64,000 bases of DNA, taken from IMG/VR virus record IMGVR_UViG_3300019762_000001, positions 1 through 64,000 of that record, one strand, 5' to 3'. The DNA is from a virus. Under the pieces are notes generated by a model that was not told the origin of the DNA, ran no database searches, and saw nothing but the letters and a program-made list of their open reading frames with translations. Below, in pieces: positions 54,942 to 64,000 of the stretch; within the stretch, counting starts at the first letter, position 1; every line of letters begins with the position of its first letter. Made by a program: the position numbers and the translations under genes.

Positions 54942-57053
54942 TTATTCAGTTATATTCCCAAGGGCTTGGTCTAATGATCCCTGGAATAAGTTATCTATTG
55001 GAGCCCTGAAGATGGTTTCACCATCAGGCATCATAAGTATAAGGTCTCCGTTCTGTCTTTTTTGTTTAAACCCGTAGTCCTGAGCAAATGCTCCTTTCTC
55101 GAATACCTCTACCATATCCCTGGCCACTGCTACCACATCCCCCATAGCCTTATAGGTTTTAATATCATCAGTTTTACGATAATCAAAGTCGGATTGGTAG
55201 GTATAAGCTCCCTTGGGTATAGATAGTTGTTTTCTTCTTGTTTCTTCTTCCTGAGCTTTAGTGTTTTTACCGATTGAATCAGTTAGTAGGCTTATAGCTG
55301 AGGGTAATAAGAAGCTTATTGCCATACCCCATGGTCCTCCAAGGAATCCAAGAGTTCTACCAAGTAATGGAGCCATCTTAGAAAGTGGTCCTACCAGTTT
55401 TGACCCAACCCTAGCAGTCATACCAAGTTTAGATCCATACATAGACATCCATCTTGCTTGGGTAGCCATTGTCTTAGAAGCAAATCCTGCCCCGCCACCA
55501 GCAAATCTAGCCATATATCTCATACCAGCACGAGTTGACATAGGGGTAACAGATTGTACTCCTCTAGCTCTTAGTGCTCCACCAAAAGATCCATACCTTG
55601 CCATCCCAGCCATTCTTGGGGACATACCAGCCATTGACATAGCCCCGGAGGTCATTCCATAGCTTTTTGCTGCGGCACTCATTTGGGCATATCCGGCAAT
55701 TGTACTCCTTACCCTACCAGAAAAAGCAGATTGATTAGACATGGTGATTAACCTTAATCCAGCCTTTACTGCTTTGTAGGCAGTAGCAGCTGTTTTAATA
55801 GCTACCCATGATCCAACCATTGTTACCAAGCCTGGGCCTATGATTGGGGTATTTATTATCCCCACCAACACATCCATTATGCCAGTGAATAATTTTAGAG
55901 CTGGTTTTAATACAGGCTCTATACCCTTAGTAAAAGCAACCTTGAATGTCTCAATAGCAGAAGTTGCTTCCATGATATTACCCTGTAAGCTGGACATCAT
56001 CTCAGACATAAGCCTTGCAGCTTCACCAGGTGAGTCCTCTTTTACTTTCTTAAGTAGTTTATCATAGTTAGCCATAGAGTTAATCATCATTAGAGCATTA
56101 CGTTTACCACGTACTCCAAAGATGGCTTCAACAATTCCTTGTTTTTCTAAGGTACCCAGCCCTTGAGCTTGTTGTCCTATTATTTTAAAGATATCCGCTA
56201 CTGGTTTTAGTTCTCCAGATTTTGTTTTAAGATCATCTATCCCAAGCCCAAGTATCTTTAAAGCTTTACTCTGCCTACCAGTTGAGAAATCGGTTAGAGT
56301 TTTAGATAGGTACCTAAAAGAGTTATCTACCGAGGTACCAGCCATGGAGCCTTGTATACCGGCATTACCCATTAACATGAACATTGCTGCTGTATCCTCC
56401 AATCCAACATTTAATTGGTGTAGGGTATTAGCAGCATATTTTGTAGATTCTCCCAACATTGGTAAAGTAACGTTGGCAGCATTAGTTGCAGTAACTAAGA
56501 TATCAGATATTCGTTTGGATTGTGAAGTTGGTATATCAAAAGCTCTCATGATATTGGTCATGATATCAGCTGCTCCACCAACTCCCCCCAGTGCAGTACC
56601 AGTAGCACCAGCCAAGTCAACAGTTGATTTCAAACCAGTTATTATCTCATTTGCAGACATACCGGCTTTAGCCATAAAGTGTTCCGCAGATGCAACCTGT
56701 TGGGCAGTAAACATAGTGCTACGACCCAGTTTTAGGGCCATAGCATCTAGTTTGAGTAGCTCAGCATGAGTAACAGGCCCAGCTTTCTTGGTAACAGCTT
56801 CCACAAACTTCATAGTATAGCCAAACTTTGCCCCAACCTGTGTCCATTGAGCCATACCCCGAATAGCAGCAGCCCCAGTCATAGCCCAAGCAGCGTTTAT
56901 ATTACGTACAGTACGGAGTTGGGATTTCTCCCACTCCATAACTTCTTTACGTAAATCTTTCGCATTGGCTTTTATGGTACGAGCTGGCCCGGAGAATTGA
57001 TCTCTCAAAAACATCCCAACACCAATACCAATTGCTGAACTTGATCCTACCAT
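54942..57053 (-). CDS. tail tape measure protein
   Basis: TP901-type core (LGRSTMFTAQQVA, AADIMTNIM, GIQGSMAGT). Confidence 0.95.
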   Translation of the reverse strand: MVGSSSAIGIGVGMFLRDQFSGPARTIKANAKDLRKEVMEWEKSQLRTVRNINAAWAMTGAAAIRGMAQWTQVGAKFGYTMKFVEAVTKKAGPVTHAELLKLDAMALKLGRSTMFTAQQVASAEHFMAKAGMSANEIITGLKSTVDLAGATGTALGGVGGAADIMTNIMRAFDIPTSQSKRISDILVTATNAANVTLPMLGESTKYAANTLHQLNVGLEDTAAMFMLMGNAGIQGSMAGTSVDNSFRYLSKTLTDFSTGRQSKALKILGLGIDDLKTKSGELKPVADIFKIIGQQAQGLGTLEKQGIVEAIFGVRGKRNALMMINSMANYDKLLKKVKEDSPGEAARLMSEMMSSLQGNIMEATSAIETFKVAFTKGIEPVLKPALKLFTGIMDVLVGIINTPIIGPGLVTMVGSWVAIKTAATAYKAVKAGLRLITMSNQSAFSGRVRSTIAGYAQMSAAAKSYGMTSGAMSMAGMSPRMAGMARYGSFGGALRARGVQSVTPMSTRAGMRYMARFAGGGAGFASKTMATQARWMSMYGSKLGMTARVGSKLVGPLSKMAPLLGRTLGFLGGPWGMAISFLLPSAISLLTDSIGKNTKAQEEETRRKQLSIPKGAYTYQSDFDYRKTDDIKTYKAMGDVVAVARDMVEVFEKGAFAQDYGFKQKRQNGDLILMMPDGETIFRAPIDNLFQGSLDQALGNITE

Positions 57054-57055
57054 GC

Positions 57056-57240
57056 TTACTTCTTTTTGAGTTTTACTTTATTAATTTCCCTGTTAATATA
57101 TTCTTGGTGCTCATCACAGAGTTTTACAAATTTACCCCGTTGAGTTACCGGAAGTGATAGGAAGTGATCCCATGAAAAGTTCATCTTATTCTGTATAAGA
57201 TAAAACCATTCCCTCTCTAGATCTCCTCCGGAAAGTAGAA
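57056..57240 (-). CDS. tail assembly chaperone second ORF (-1 frame, gpGT-like extension)
   Basis: open -1 frame LSGGDLEREWFYLIQNKMNFSWDHFLSLPVTQRGKFV...KKK* spanning the chaperone stop and ending 2 nt before the TMP ATG. Confidence 0.7.
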
Positions 57241-57990
57241 ATCCTGAACCATTACTAATGGGATATTCTGAACTTCTCCATTATCACTAACTATCTGGGT
57301 GGTTAGTTCATATGCTGGGTCATGTAGTTTTACCTGAGCCCTGATCTCTCTCATATCCCTAGCAGAGAAATTAGTAAAACTTGTAATGGTTATCCAACTT
57401 TGTGATCCATCAAGTAGCATCTGGAAGCCCCTAGCATAAAGCTCTGTATTCTTTGTGTTAGTTTCTTCTGTGGCCTCCATCATATATATCTCGGATAGCC
57501 CATCCTGGAATCTAAACCTAAGTTGTTTACCAGAGGTTGTAGTAAACTCATGGTATCTATCTTTAGTTTTATAAGGGGGCATCAAGAATTCAAAGTATCC
57601 TGGCATATCCTCTGTATGTGGAAATAACTCAGGCTTGGAATAATCATAGCAATAACGATTTAAGTCCTCAACGTATTCTGTTGGAGCCCCATTTGGTGTC
57701 CATGACCAGTTGAAATGAAAGTCTGCTCCCAATGAGAAGATACGGGATTGTAATAAGATATAATACTTATCACGTAGCTTCATTTCTTTTACAGTTTGTA
57801 GTTTTACTTGGCTATCGCCATCGTATTCAACTAGAATACCCTGGATAAACTTATTGAAAGCTATGTGAGCTTTTACGTCTGAGGTTCTTGAGATTACCTC
57901 ATCATCATTACCATTCTGTTCTCTGATGATTGCTTTGATACCCGATGGAGTATAGAACTCATGGGTTTTTGGGGATTTAAAATTTTCCAT
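57217..57990 (-). CDS. tail assembly chaperone
   Basis: between tube and TMP; ends DFYFP; start MENFKS at 57990. Confidence 0.8.
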   Translation of the reverse strand: MENFKSPKTHEFYTPSGIKAIIREQNGNDDEVISRTSDVKAHIAFNKFIQGILVEYDGDSQVKLQTVKEMKLRDKYYILLQSRIFSLGADFHFNWSWTPNGAPTEYVEDLNRYCYDYSKPELFPHTEDMPGYFEFLMPPYKTKDRYHEFTTTSGKQLRFRFQDGLSEIYMMEATEETNTKNTELYARGFQMLLDGSQSWITITSFTNFSARDMREIRAQVKLHDPAYELTTQIVSDNGEVQNIPLVMVQDFYFPEEI

Positions 57991-58040
57991 TTCTGTAAGT
58001 GTAAGTGGGTTTGTGTTAAAAACATGAATAAGCAGTATAG

Positions 58041-58075
58041 AATAAAGAGCCCTCCCACTAAGGGGAGAAGCTCTT
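58041..58075 (-). terminator. intrinsic terminator after the tube gene
   Basis: AAGAGCTTCTCC...GGAGGGCTCTT hairpin, then TATT. Confidence 0.7.
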
Positions 58076-58100
58076 ATCAACTAAACTACTTACAGATGGT

Positions 58101-58565
58101 TTAGAGTTTATGGCAAGTATCAACACATATCTCTATGGATTCTATAGAGTTATCTGCATCTGATGTTCTATCAAATTCTTGTCCGTTTATCTTGCAAGGC
58201 CAGCAGCCCTCGCATACCCATTGATTTAATGGGGTTTGGCCATCCTGAGATATCTCAGTAACGATGATTACCTTTTTATAAACCTCTGGGATAGTACCCC
58301 CACCGATTAGTGGGTCGGCTACTGAGGCAGCCCAATTCCAGAAGTAAGTATCTGAGTCCTTAGCAGAGAGTAATTTCTCTATCATTAGGTTACTAAATGA
58401 TACCCTCCCACCGGTTTTTATATTGTGGTTAGTGTGGCCATGCTCAGCCACTGCAATGTCCATATCTGGAAGAGTTACTTTCTGGGATAACATTGGATTT
58501 ATTGGGTCCGGAGCTATCGATATAGAGAAGTTAAACTTCTTCCTAGGATCTACTTTATCAGCCAT
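58101..58565 (-). CDS. tail tube protein (T4 gp19-like)
   Basis: DPRKKFNF, KTGGRVSF, CWPCKI..EFD...SIESIEI. Confidence 0.92.
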   Translation of the reverse strand: MADKVDPRKKFNFSISIAPDPINPMLSQKVTLPDMDIAVAEHGHTNHNIKTGGRVSFSNLMIEKLLSAKDSDTYFWNWAASVADPLIGGGTIPEVYKKVIIVTEISQDGQTPLNQWVCEGCWPCKINGQEFDRTSDADNSIESIEICVDTCHKL

Positions 58566-58584
58566 ATCTTAAGAATTTATTTAG

Positions 58585-60105
58585 TTAGGAAATCTGAGCA
58601 CTTCCAGTGGAACTGTCCAGGATTATATTAAGTGAGAACTCCTGCATACTTGCTACAGGGATAATAGTAAGAGATACTTTGTACTTTCCTTGTAGTACAT
58701 CTGCTTTCTTATTAACCTGTAGGTTGTCAAGTGATGAGGCAAATTGGTCCCCCTCCCAAGAGTAGTCATAAAGAGCTCTGTTTTGTCCGGTTGATAATCC
58801 ATCAAAGAAAGGTTTTACTGTGTAGTAAATCTGACTCCAAGTTGGAATATCATTGGGCTCTTCTAGGTAATTCTCTAATGTTGGTAGTAAGGATTTACGT
58901 AGGTACATTACCAGTTTAACTACGTTAGCCCATTGTTCTTGGGAATTATAGTTAAGCCCAGTAAAGTTACCGGTTAGGAATACTTCTCCCCCCCTTTGTA
59001 CTACTAGGTTAATTTGAGAGTTAGCTAATGTATCCATATCAAGGGTACTAGCTGGAGACCCAAAGTTGTTTATAACTTTAGATACATTGCCAAGTACTCC
59101 CCTTTTCTTACCCGAGAAAGAAAGCCATGGGGTATAATTAACCTCGCTTAATACAGCTTTTGAGCATACATCAGCTAAGTTACCAACTTGAATATCAGAA
59201 CCTTGTGGTCCTTGATATTCTAAAGCCCCAGCAAAATACCTGATGTATTTAGAGTTGCTGTTTACTGAGTCTCTTTCGGCTTTAATGTCAGTTGTGGTTT
59301 TCTTGGTGGGATCTATTTCACAAAAATAGAATAGATCTTTTCTTTTGTTTGCATAGGCTATACCAATAACATGGACAGCACTATCATACATACCAAGAGC
59401 CGCTACATGATAAGCCTCATTATAGTTATTGAATGATTCGAAAGCAACAGCGGTATAATCCGCAGAAGATACTGCAGTACCATCTGAACCCCCAGAAAAT
59501 TGATACTCAGCTACCTTAGGTGGTTCTACTGTGATAGAGTAATCTATAGTCTCATATACTACATCAACCAAGTTACTGTTATCCACAATATCTTTCAGAT
59601 AGTTTTGGGGTAAATTATGATCTACTGTTGGATCACCGGTTATGGTTAAGTTTCTGTAATACTCGATAGTTTCAGAATTACCCGTATCGATCATAAGATC
59701 AAAGAAGTCATCTTCATCATTTGAGGGTTGTAGTATTTTAACCTTCCATCCATTCGCTTCTTCTCCCTCGTATTTGGGTACTATCTTAAATAACTCATCA
59801 GCACTAACAGAATCATCTAAGATAGCCACGGCTGCAGCTTTTGCTGCATCATTATGAAGTATTCTACAGATTCTGGCTGAACCCCCAGATTCTAGGTACC
59901 TTTTTACCATAGTGGAGAACTTATTGTCAGGTACTTCCCCACCAAATATTTTTACGTACTGGGGCCAAGAAGTTATCAAGTCCTTTGGGTCTTCCACAGG
60001 ACCCGTTTTAGTTGGCCCTATAAAGAATGATACTCCATTGGCCGGCTCTGTAACTCCCACTATCTTGTTAGTTACATTGATTTTTACTTTAGCTGCGTTT
60101 GCCAT
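58585..60105 (-). CDS. tail sheath protein
   Basis: FIGPTKTGP..ITSW..Y..IFG, FSGGSDG, EEPND..TW. Confidence 0.95.
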   Translation of the reverse strand: MANAAKVKINVTNKIVGVTEPANGVSFFIGPTKTGPVEDPKDLITSWPQYVKIFGGEVPDNKFSTMVKRYLESGGSARICRILHNDAAKAAAVAILDDSVSADELFKIVPKYEGEEANGWKVKILQPSNDEDDFFDLMIDTGNSETIEYYRNLTITGDPTVDHNLPQNYLKDIVDNSNLVDVVYETIDYSITVEPPKVAEYQFSGGSDGTAVSSADYTAVAFESFNNYNEAYHVAALGMYDSAVHVIGIAYANKRKDLFYFCEIDPTKKTTTDIKAERDSVNSNSKYIRYFAGALEYQGPQGSDIQVGNLADVCSKAVLSEVNYTPWLSFSGKKRGVLGNVSKVINNFGSPASTLDMDTLANSQINLVVQRGGEVFLTGNFTGLNYNSQEQWANVVKLVMYLRKSLLPTLENYLEEPNDIPTWSQIYYTVKPFFDGLSTGQNRALYDYSWEGDQFASSLDNLQVNKKADVLQGKYKVSLTIIPVASMQEFSLNIILDSSTGSAQIS

Positions 60106-60131
60106 AATATAAACAGGTTTTATTTACAGGT

Positions 60132-60392
60132 TTAGACTTTTTTATTCATACCTGGGAGGTTAGTGAACTTGATGTCTGCAATAGACTTTAGGTGTTGTGG
60201 GACAAATGCTGCTACTAATAAGATTAGCATCATACCAATAACGTAGAGGTTGAGGTCTACAGACTTAATCACTAAAGTCATCAGGAAGATAAATGAAAAG
60301 ATTAGGGTTAGAAAACTCTTTAATCTAGTTGAGCTTTTAGTACCATCTGATTCTTGTAGGTATCCCGCTGGTTTTTTAGTTGTAGTTTCCAT
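60132..60392 (-). CDS. two-TM membrane protein (holin-like)
   Basis: G.KSSTRL followed by two TM helices. Confidence 0.65.
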   Translation of the reverse strand: METTTKKPAGYLQESDGTKSSTRLKSFLTLIFSFIFLMTLVIKSVDLNLYVIGMMLILLVAAFVPQHLKSIADIKFTNLPGMNKKV

Positions 60393-60402
60393 GGTTTTTT
60401 TT

Positions 60403-61080
60403 TTATTTTTTGATAGTTATAGTATCTAAGTTATTTACAGTTACATCTATCTCGGTTATTGGAGATAGGTTTTCTGGACCTTGTTTAGGAATAGATTCCC
60501 ATAGATCTTTTATCTCAAAGGAATATATCCTCTCCATAATACCCCTCTCAGGGTCTTCAGGAGTAGTAGTATTTATTTCGTGTACAAATATTTTACGGCC
60601 TGGTACATCTGGTAAGTCTAAGTAGCCTCTTTTTGGTATAGCAGTAGCGATTACTCCATTTAGTAAGTTTTTTTGGCTAGCATCACCTGAAATAGCATGG
60701 ATATTGATATAATAATCAGAAGTCCTTGGCGGTAAAGTTTCAGTCTTATACCTATTAGTAGCTTGGTCTTTAATATACACGGGTTCAGGGTTATTCCCAA
60801 CATCTCCAGCTAAAAAGGCTCTACTTGCAACAACTATACGAGGATATTTCTCATACCCTTTATCATCGGTATTTCCAACGCCAAAAAGCCCAACGCAGTA
60901 TCCCCGGTTGGTTTTTATTTGTTGTATCATATTCAGTAGGTTATTATACCCGGCCTCAGTATCTGGGTAGTTAGTTGTATCTGTTATATCTGGGGTTATA
61001 CCCAACTCAACCAATACATCGAGTATAGCCTTATAAAAGGCATAATCTACCTGGTCCTCTATTTGTGGTAATGTGATCAT
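60403..61080 (-). CDS. tail terminator / neck protein
   Basis: position upstream of sheath; YPRIVV. Confidence 0.6.
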   Translation of the reverse strand: MITLPQIEDQVDYAFYKAILDVLVELGITPDITDTTNYPDTEAGYNNLLNMIQQIKTNRGYCVGLFGVGNTDDKGYEKYPRIVVASRAFLAGDVGNNPEPVYIKDQATNRYKTETLPPRTSDYYINIHAISGDASQKNLLNGVIATAIPKRGYLDLPDVPGRKIFVHEINTTTPEDPERGIMERIYSFEIKDLWESIPKQGPENLSPITEIDVTVNNLDTITIKK

Positions 61081-61655
61081 CGTATTTGTAATTTAAAGCC
61101 ATATCTACGTTTATAATACTGGCTAACATTCCGGGTTATAAACATCATAATTCTACGCTTACCCCCAAAATGACCTTTCCTTGTGAATGTATCTTTAAAC
61201 ACTGGGTAAGGTTTAGCATATTTTGTACCTTTCTCAAGCATGTAAGCTGCTTCATATACAGTGAGTCCTCCACGGCCCCTACTTGTATCTTTACGGGATA
61301 CTCCAACTACATAGTTACCTTTTTTTGTCCTAGTAACTTTTACTGAATTATGTAGTTTACCCGAGAACATAAGCAACCCCTGATGAGTAGCAAATCTCCG
61401 TTTGTATGAAAAATATGAACCTGAGATAGCAGAGCTAGATGGCACATACCCAAGTCTTACCCCATGAGTCCTAAGGTTTAATCTTACTTGCCTACGGTAC
61501 TCATTAGCTGCATTGTGCATTCCCTTGTCCACCTGCATAGCCATTTGTATTGGCATTTCATCTATCATATTCATTAACCTGTCCCATTCCCCCTCAAGTT
61601 TAACTGAGAGGTTACCGGACATACCTCTACCCCTTATTCTACTGTGTATTGCCAT
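61077..61655 (-). CDS. tail completion protein (HK97 gp10-like)
   Basis: SGKLHNSV, LEKGT...P.PVF. Confidence 0.75.
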   Translation of the reverse strand: MAIHSRIRGRGMSGNLSVKLEGEWDRLMNMIDEMPIQMAMQVDKGMHNAANEYRRQVRLNLRTHGVRLGYVPSSSAISGSYFSYKRRFATHQGLLMFSGKLHNSVKVTRTKKGNYVVGVSRKDTSRGRGGLTVYEAAYMLEKGTKYAKPYPVFKDTFTRKGHFGGKRRIMMFITRNVSQYYKRRYGFKLQIR

Positions 61656-62107
61656 TAGTGTGGTATATTGCCGGTTTCTACCCTATCCGGACACAGGATA
61701 AGATGTTCCATCATTGGGTTAATACCTACTTGTGAAACATCTGTGAATCCAGCATCTTTATAAGTTACTCCATTTATTATAAACTTATCCTCTCCAGGAC
61801 TATAATCCAGGTTACCCTTTGAGTTTACAAGGTTTTTTTCAACCAGGTAATCCTTATGGAACATTACAACCATATTTTGGTTATCGAAGTCACCTTGTAC
61901 ATCGTTTTTAACACTTGGCCAAGTCCTGAAAAAGTTGTAAGCTATTATACCCACTAGCTGTACACTGTCAAACTTTGTAGCATTGTCAGAACCCCTACGA
62001 GATATCCTTCTAGTTTTCTTTTTCCAGAGGATAGGTTGTAGGGCTTGGTCATCAAAGTATTCCTTATGGAGGCTCCTGAATAAGTCAAGAGAGGGTTTAG
62101 TAATCAT
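61655..62107 (-). CDS. head closure / head-tail joining protein
   Basis: position; DKFIINGVTY. Confidence 0.65.
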   Translation of the reverse strand: MITKPSLDLFRSLHKEYFDDQALQPILWKKKTRRISRRGSDNATKFDSVQLVGIIAYNFFRTWPSVKNDVQGDFDNQNMVVMFHKDYLVEKNLVNSKGNLDYSPGEDKFIINGVTYKDAGFTDVSQVGINPMMEHLILCPDRVETGNIPH

Positions 62108-62834
62108 GGGTATCTATTTTAGAAACTATGAATGGTATTACTGGTGTAGCTGGTTTAGAGCATATGCCAGGAATGTAAATAGTTAGTCGGCTTGCCAATG
62201 AACATATAGTTTGGGCCAAAGTATCAAATGTACCCCCAGGTGCAAAAATCTTAGAAAGAGTCTCTGATCCCTGGAACCATTCAGTTTCCATTGGGCCTTG
62301 TACCATTTTCTTTATTTCCTGCCCATTAGTTTTACCCTGGCTTATTAAATATTTAGAAGCTCCCTCTACTACTAAGTCATATGCAATTAATTGAGCAATC
62401 AGCGTATTTTCTAGTGCAGTATAAGAGAATTCATCATAAATATCGTCCAGTGCTATCTCATGGTTTACTAGAGGGGATAGATATAATTGCCATTTCTGTA
62501 TACGGATTTCTTTATCTTCTGGGTCCAAAGTAATACCTTCTGGAATGTATTGATCTACCAATTGATAAAGTGGTAGAGCTAATGGTTGCCCTATGTTTGA
62601 GGCCCCAATGGTCCTTTCAAAAGTGTAATCCGTTGAGGATTGGTTAATGGTTAATTTAACATCAAAAAACCCAGAGTCATTATAGGTATGCTCTGGGTTT
62701 TTATCAGTAGAGGTTTTACCGTCTCCAAAGTCCCAAGTGAAACTTGCAGTAGATATTACCCCGGTTGAAGTGTTAGATCTAAAATTAACCTTAAGCCCAT
62801 CCCCTTTATAACTAAAGTGAGCTTTTACTGCCAT
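62097..62834 (-). CDS. head-tail adaptor with N-terminal PKD domain
   Basis: WDFGDG.TST..NPEHTY...G.F.VKLT. Confidence 0.8.
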   Translation of the reverse strand: MAVKAHFSYKGDGLKVNFRSNTSTGVISTASFTWDFGDGKTSTDKNPEHTYNDSGFFDVKLTINQSSTDYTFERTIGASNIGQPLALPLYQLVDQYIPEGITLDPEDKEIRIQKWQLYLSPLVNHEIALDDIYDEFSYTALENTLIAQLIAYDLVVEGASKYLISQGKTNGQEIKKMVQGPMETEWFQGSETLSKIFAPGGTFDTLAQTICSLASRLTIYIPGICSKPATPVIPFIVSKIDTHDY

Positions 62835-63325
62835 TACTCAGTGGTATCTTCTAACTCCTTAAGATAGGCTTCCAGTTTGCCCTTATTGTTAGAAATCTTC
62901 TCAAGCTCAGCTTCCTGCTCAGCATCAAGTTCATACTCGGCTTTGATTTGGAAGTAAATAGCCTTTTTCTCTGCTGCTAATCTTTTTTCAGCTTCTTCTT
63001 CGGCTTTTTCTTTAGCCTCGTTAGCAATTTCAAGGGACTCCTTGGTTTTATTTTCCAAGTCTGCTATATAATCATCATCCTTGTCAGTTACTGTTGGTAC
63101 TGCAGGTTTTAGAGCTTCAACTGCCTCCAGATAAGATTTATAATCTCTTTCTGTAGCTACTTTTAACCCACCAGCCATAAGGTGTCGATTAACTTTTGTA
63201 GAGTCTGCTACTACTTGAGTAGTTTCTACTACTTCCCCGTGGCAAAGCTTGATACCGGTTTTAGGGTCATAGAATGAGGCAGCTTTTGGGCCCAGTTTTA
63301 AATATACTTTATCTTGAGTTTCCAT
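62834..63325 (-). CDS. hypothetical head-module protein
   Basis: ORF immediately after the capsid gene. Confidence 0.75.
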   Translation of the reverse strand: METQDKVYLKLGPKAASFYDPKTGIKLCHGEVVETTQVVADSTKVNRHLMAGGLKVATERDYKSYLEAVEALKPAVPTVTDKDDDYIADLENKTKESLEIANEAKEKAEEEAEKRLAAEKKAIYFQIKAEYELDAEQEAELEKISNNKGKLEAYLKELEDTTE

Positions 63326-63358
63326 TGTAAGTGGTATTAATCTTGGTTATAAACTATG

Positions 63359-63385
63359 TATGGGGGCTCTAATAGAACCCCCATA
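63359..63385 (-). terminator. hairpin after the capsid gene
   Basis: TATGGGGG/CCCCCATA. Confidence 0.65.
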
Positions 63386-63393
63386 GAATGGTA

Positions 63394-64000
63394 TTACTTA
63401 ATGATGGTGTTAGCTTCGAATTGTGCTACGTTTAAGAAAGCAGGGAATACGTTAGATCCAGTAAATGTCTTGCTTGAATCAAGTATGAAACAGGCATCAC
63501 GGAATAGTTTAGCAAACCCCAATTCAGTGGAAACATAGGTTGCCTCGAATTGAGCAGAAACGATTCTTTCAGACTCAACTGTTAAAGGCTTAGCAGTATA
63601 CTTAGCCATGGCCATGCCAGGGTCAAGTAAGATCTGCTGATTAGCCGGTACAGCATCATGAACGAAGAACTCAAGGTCTCTAGGGATAGCAGTACGGATA
63701 TTCAATCTGTGCATTGGAGATCCCTGTACCGGTGTTTTAAACTCTGGTAAATCAAGAGTATCCATCATGATCTCTTCTCCCCCGATAGACACGTTTGCTT
63801 TTCTACCCATACGTGATAACCTAGTCCAAAGTCTTAGGTAATCCTTGTATACAAGGTTGTTGGCAGTAGTTACCCCGATAACTGGAGATGATTCAGAACC
63901 ATCTGCCTGGTCACCATTTAATAGGCAGTCGATAGCCATATGATCAACCCCATGACCCATCTTAATACCAAAATCTCTCAAGAAGATAGACAGGATATTA
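63394..64000 (-). CDS. major capsid protein (C-terminal part; 5' end outside the window)
   Basis: frame open to the window edge; D..AI..LLNGD and L.VES.R....Q.EATY.S...GF HK97-fold pattern; followed by a terminator. Confidence 0.85.
   Translation of the reverse strand, partial: NILSIFLRDFGIKMGHGVDHMAIDCLLNGDQADGSESSPVIGVTTANNLVYKDYLRLWTRLSRMGRKANVSIGGEEIMMDTLDLPEFKTPVQGSPMHRLNIRTAIPRDLEFFVHDAVPANQQILLDPGMAMAKYTAKPLTVESERIVSAQFEATYVSTELGFAKLFRDACFILDSSKTFTGSNVFPAFLNVAQFEANTIIK

Noticed and set aside
3305-63538. Numerous + strand ORFs in the six-frame track (e.g. 11368-12039, 17270-17797, 56344-56769)
   Set aside because: All lie antisense to well-supported - strand genes or over terminators and have no motifs; only 41837-42478 occupies its own space.
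1-64000. Stop-codon reassignment as in some crAss-like phages
   Set aside because: Genes are full length and tightly packed under the standard code, and TAG ends several genes at sensible positions.

Overview
The whole window is part of a lytic-looking contractile-tailed (myovirus) phage genome, almost entirely coded on the - strand. The host is very probably a Bacteroidota: nine copies of a TAnnTTTG (-7) / TTG (-33) promoter, A-rich SD-less leaders, BACON domains and A|Q signal peptides. Gene content and order resemble Flandersviridae/Gubaphage-like phages (from recall, not verified by search). In transcription order (right to left): end of the major capsid gene, head-tail, sheath, tube, tape measure, baseplate and fibre genes (64.0-42.5 kb); a lone + strand sigma-like gene (41.8-42.5 kb); replication, recombination and nucleotide metabolism (DnaB, primase, SF2 helicase, dNTP pyrophosphatases, two thymidylate-synthase-fold genes with the dCMP-type Asp, GroES, PolA, dNMP kinase, SSB, RecA, flap exonuclease, SbcCD, resolvase, NusG-like; 41.6-22 kb); and a promoter-rich accessory region (22 kb-1) that includes a second fibre-like module. 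The best candidate for an undescribed system is a set of accessory proteins (10269-11021, 15299-15574, more weakly 11322-12338) built from short signature motifs of core phage proteins (PolA, terminase/helicase, tape measure, methyltransferase), which may be decoys for host pattern-recognition immunity. Other highlights: a tRNA-like RNA with a swollen anticodon arm plus two T-loop minihelices, a KYxYPxG..R.K.R module shared by unrelated proteins, a probable cytosine-modification pathway with strong CpG depletion, and a tail-fibre/tip pair carrying Sec signal peptides. All calls are by eye; no searches were run.
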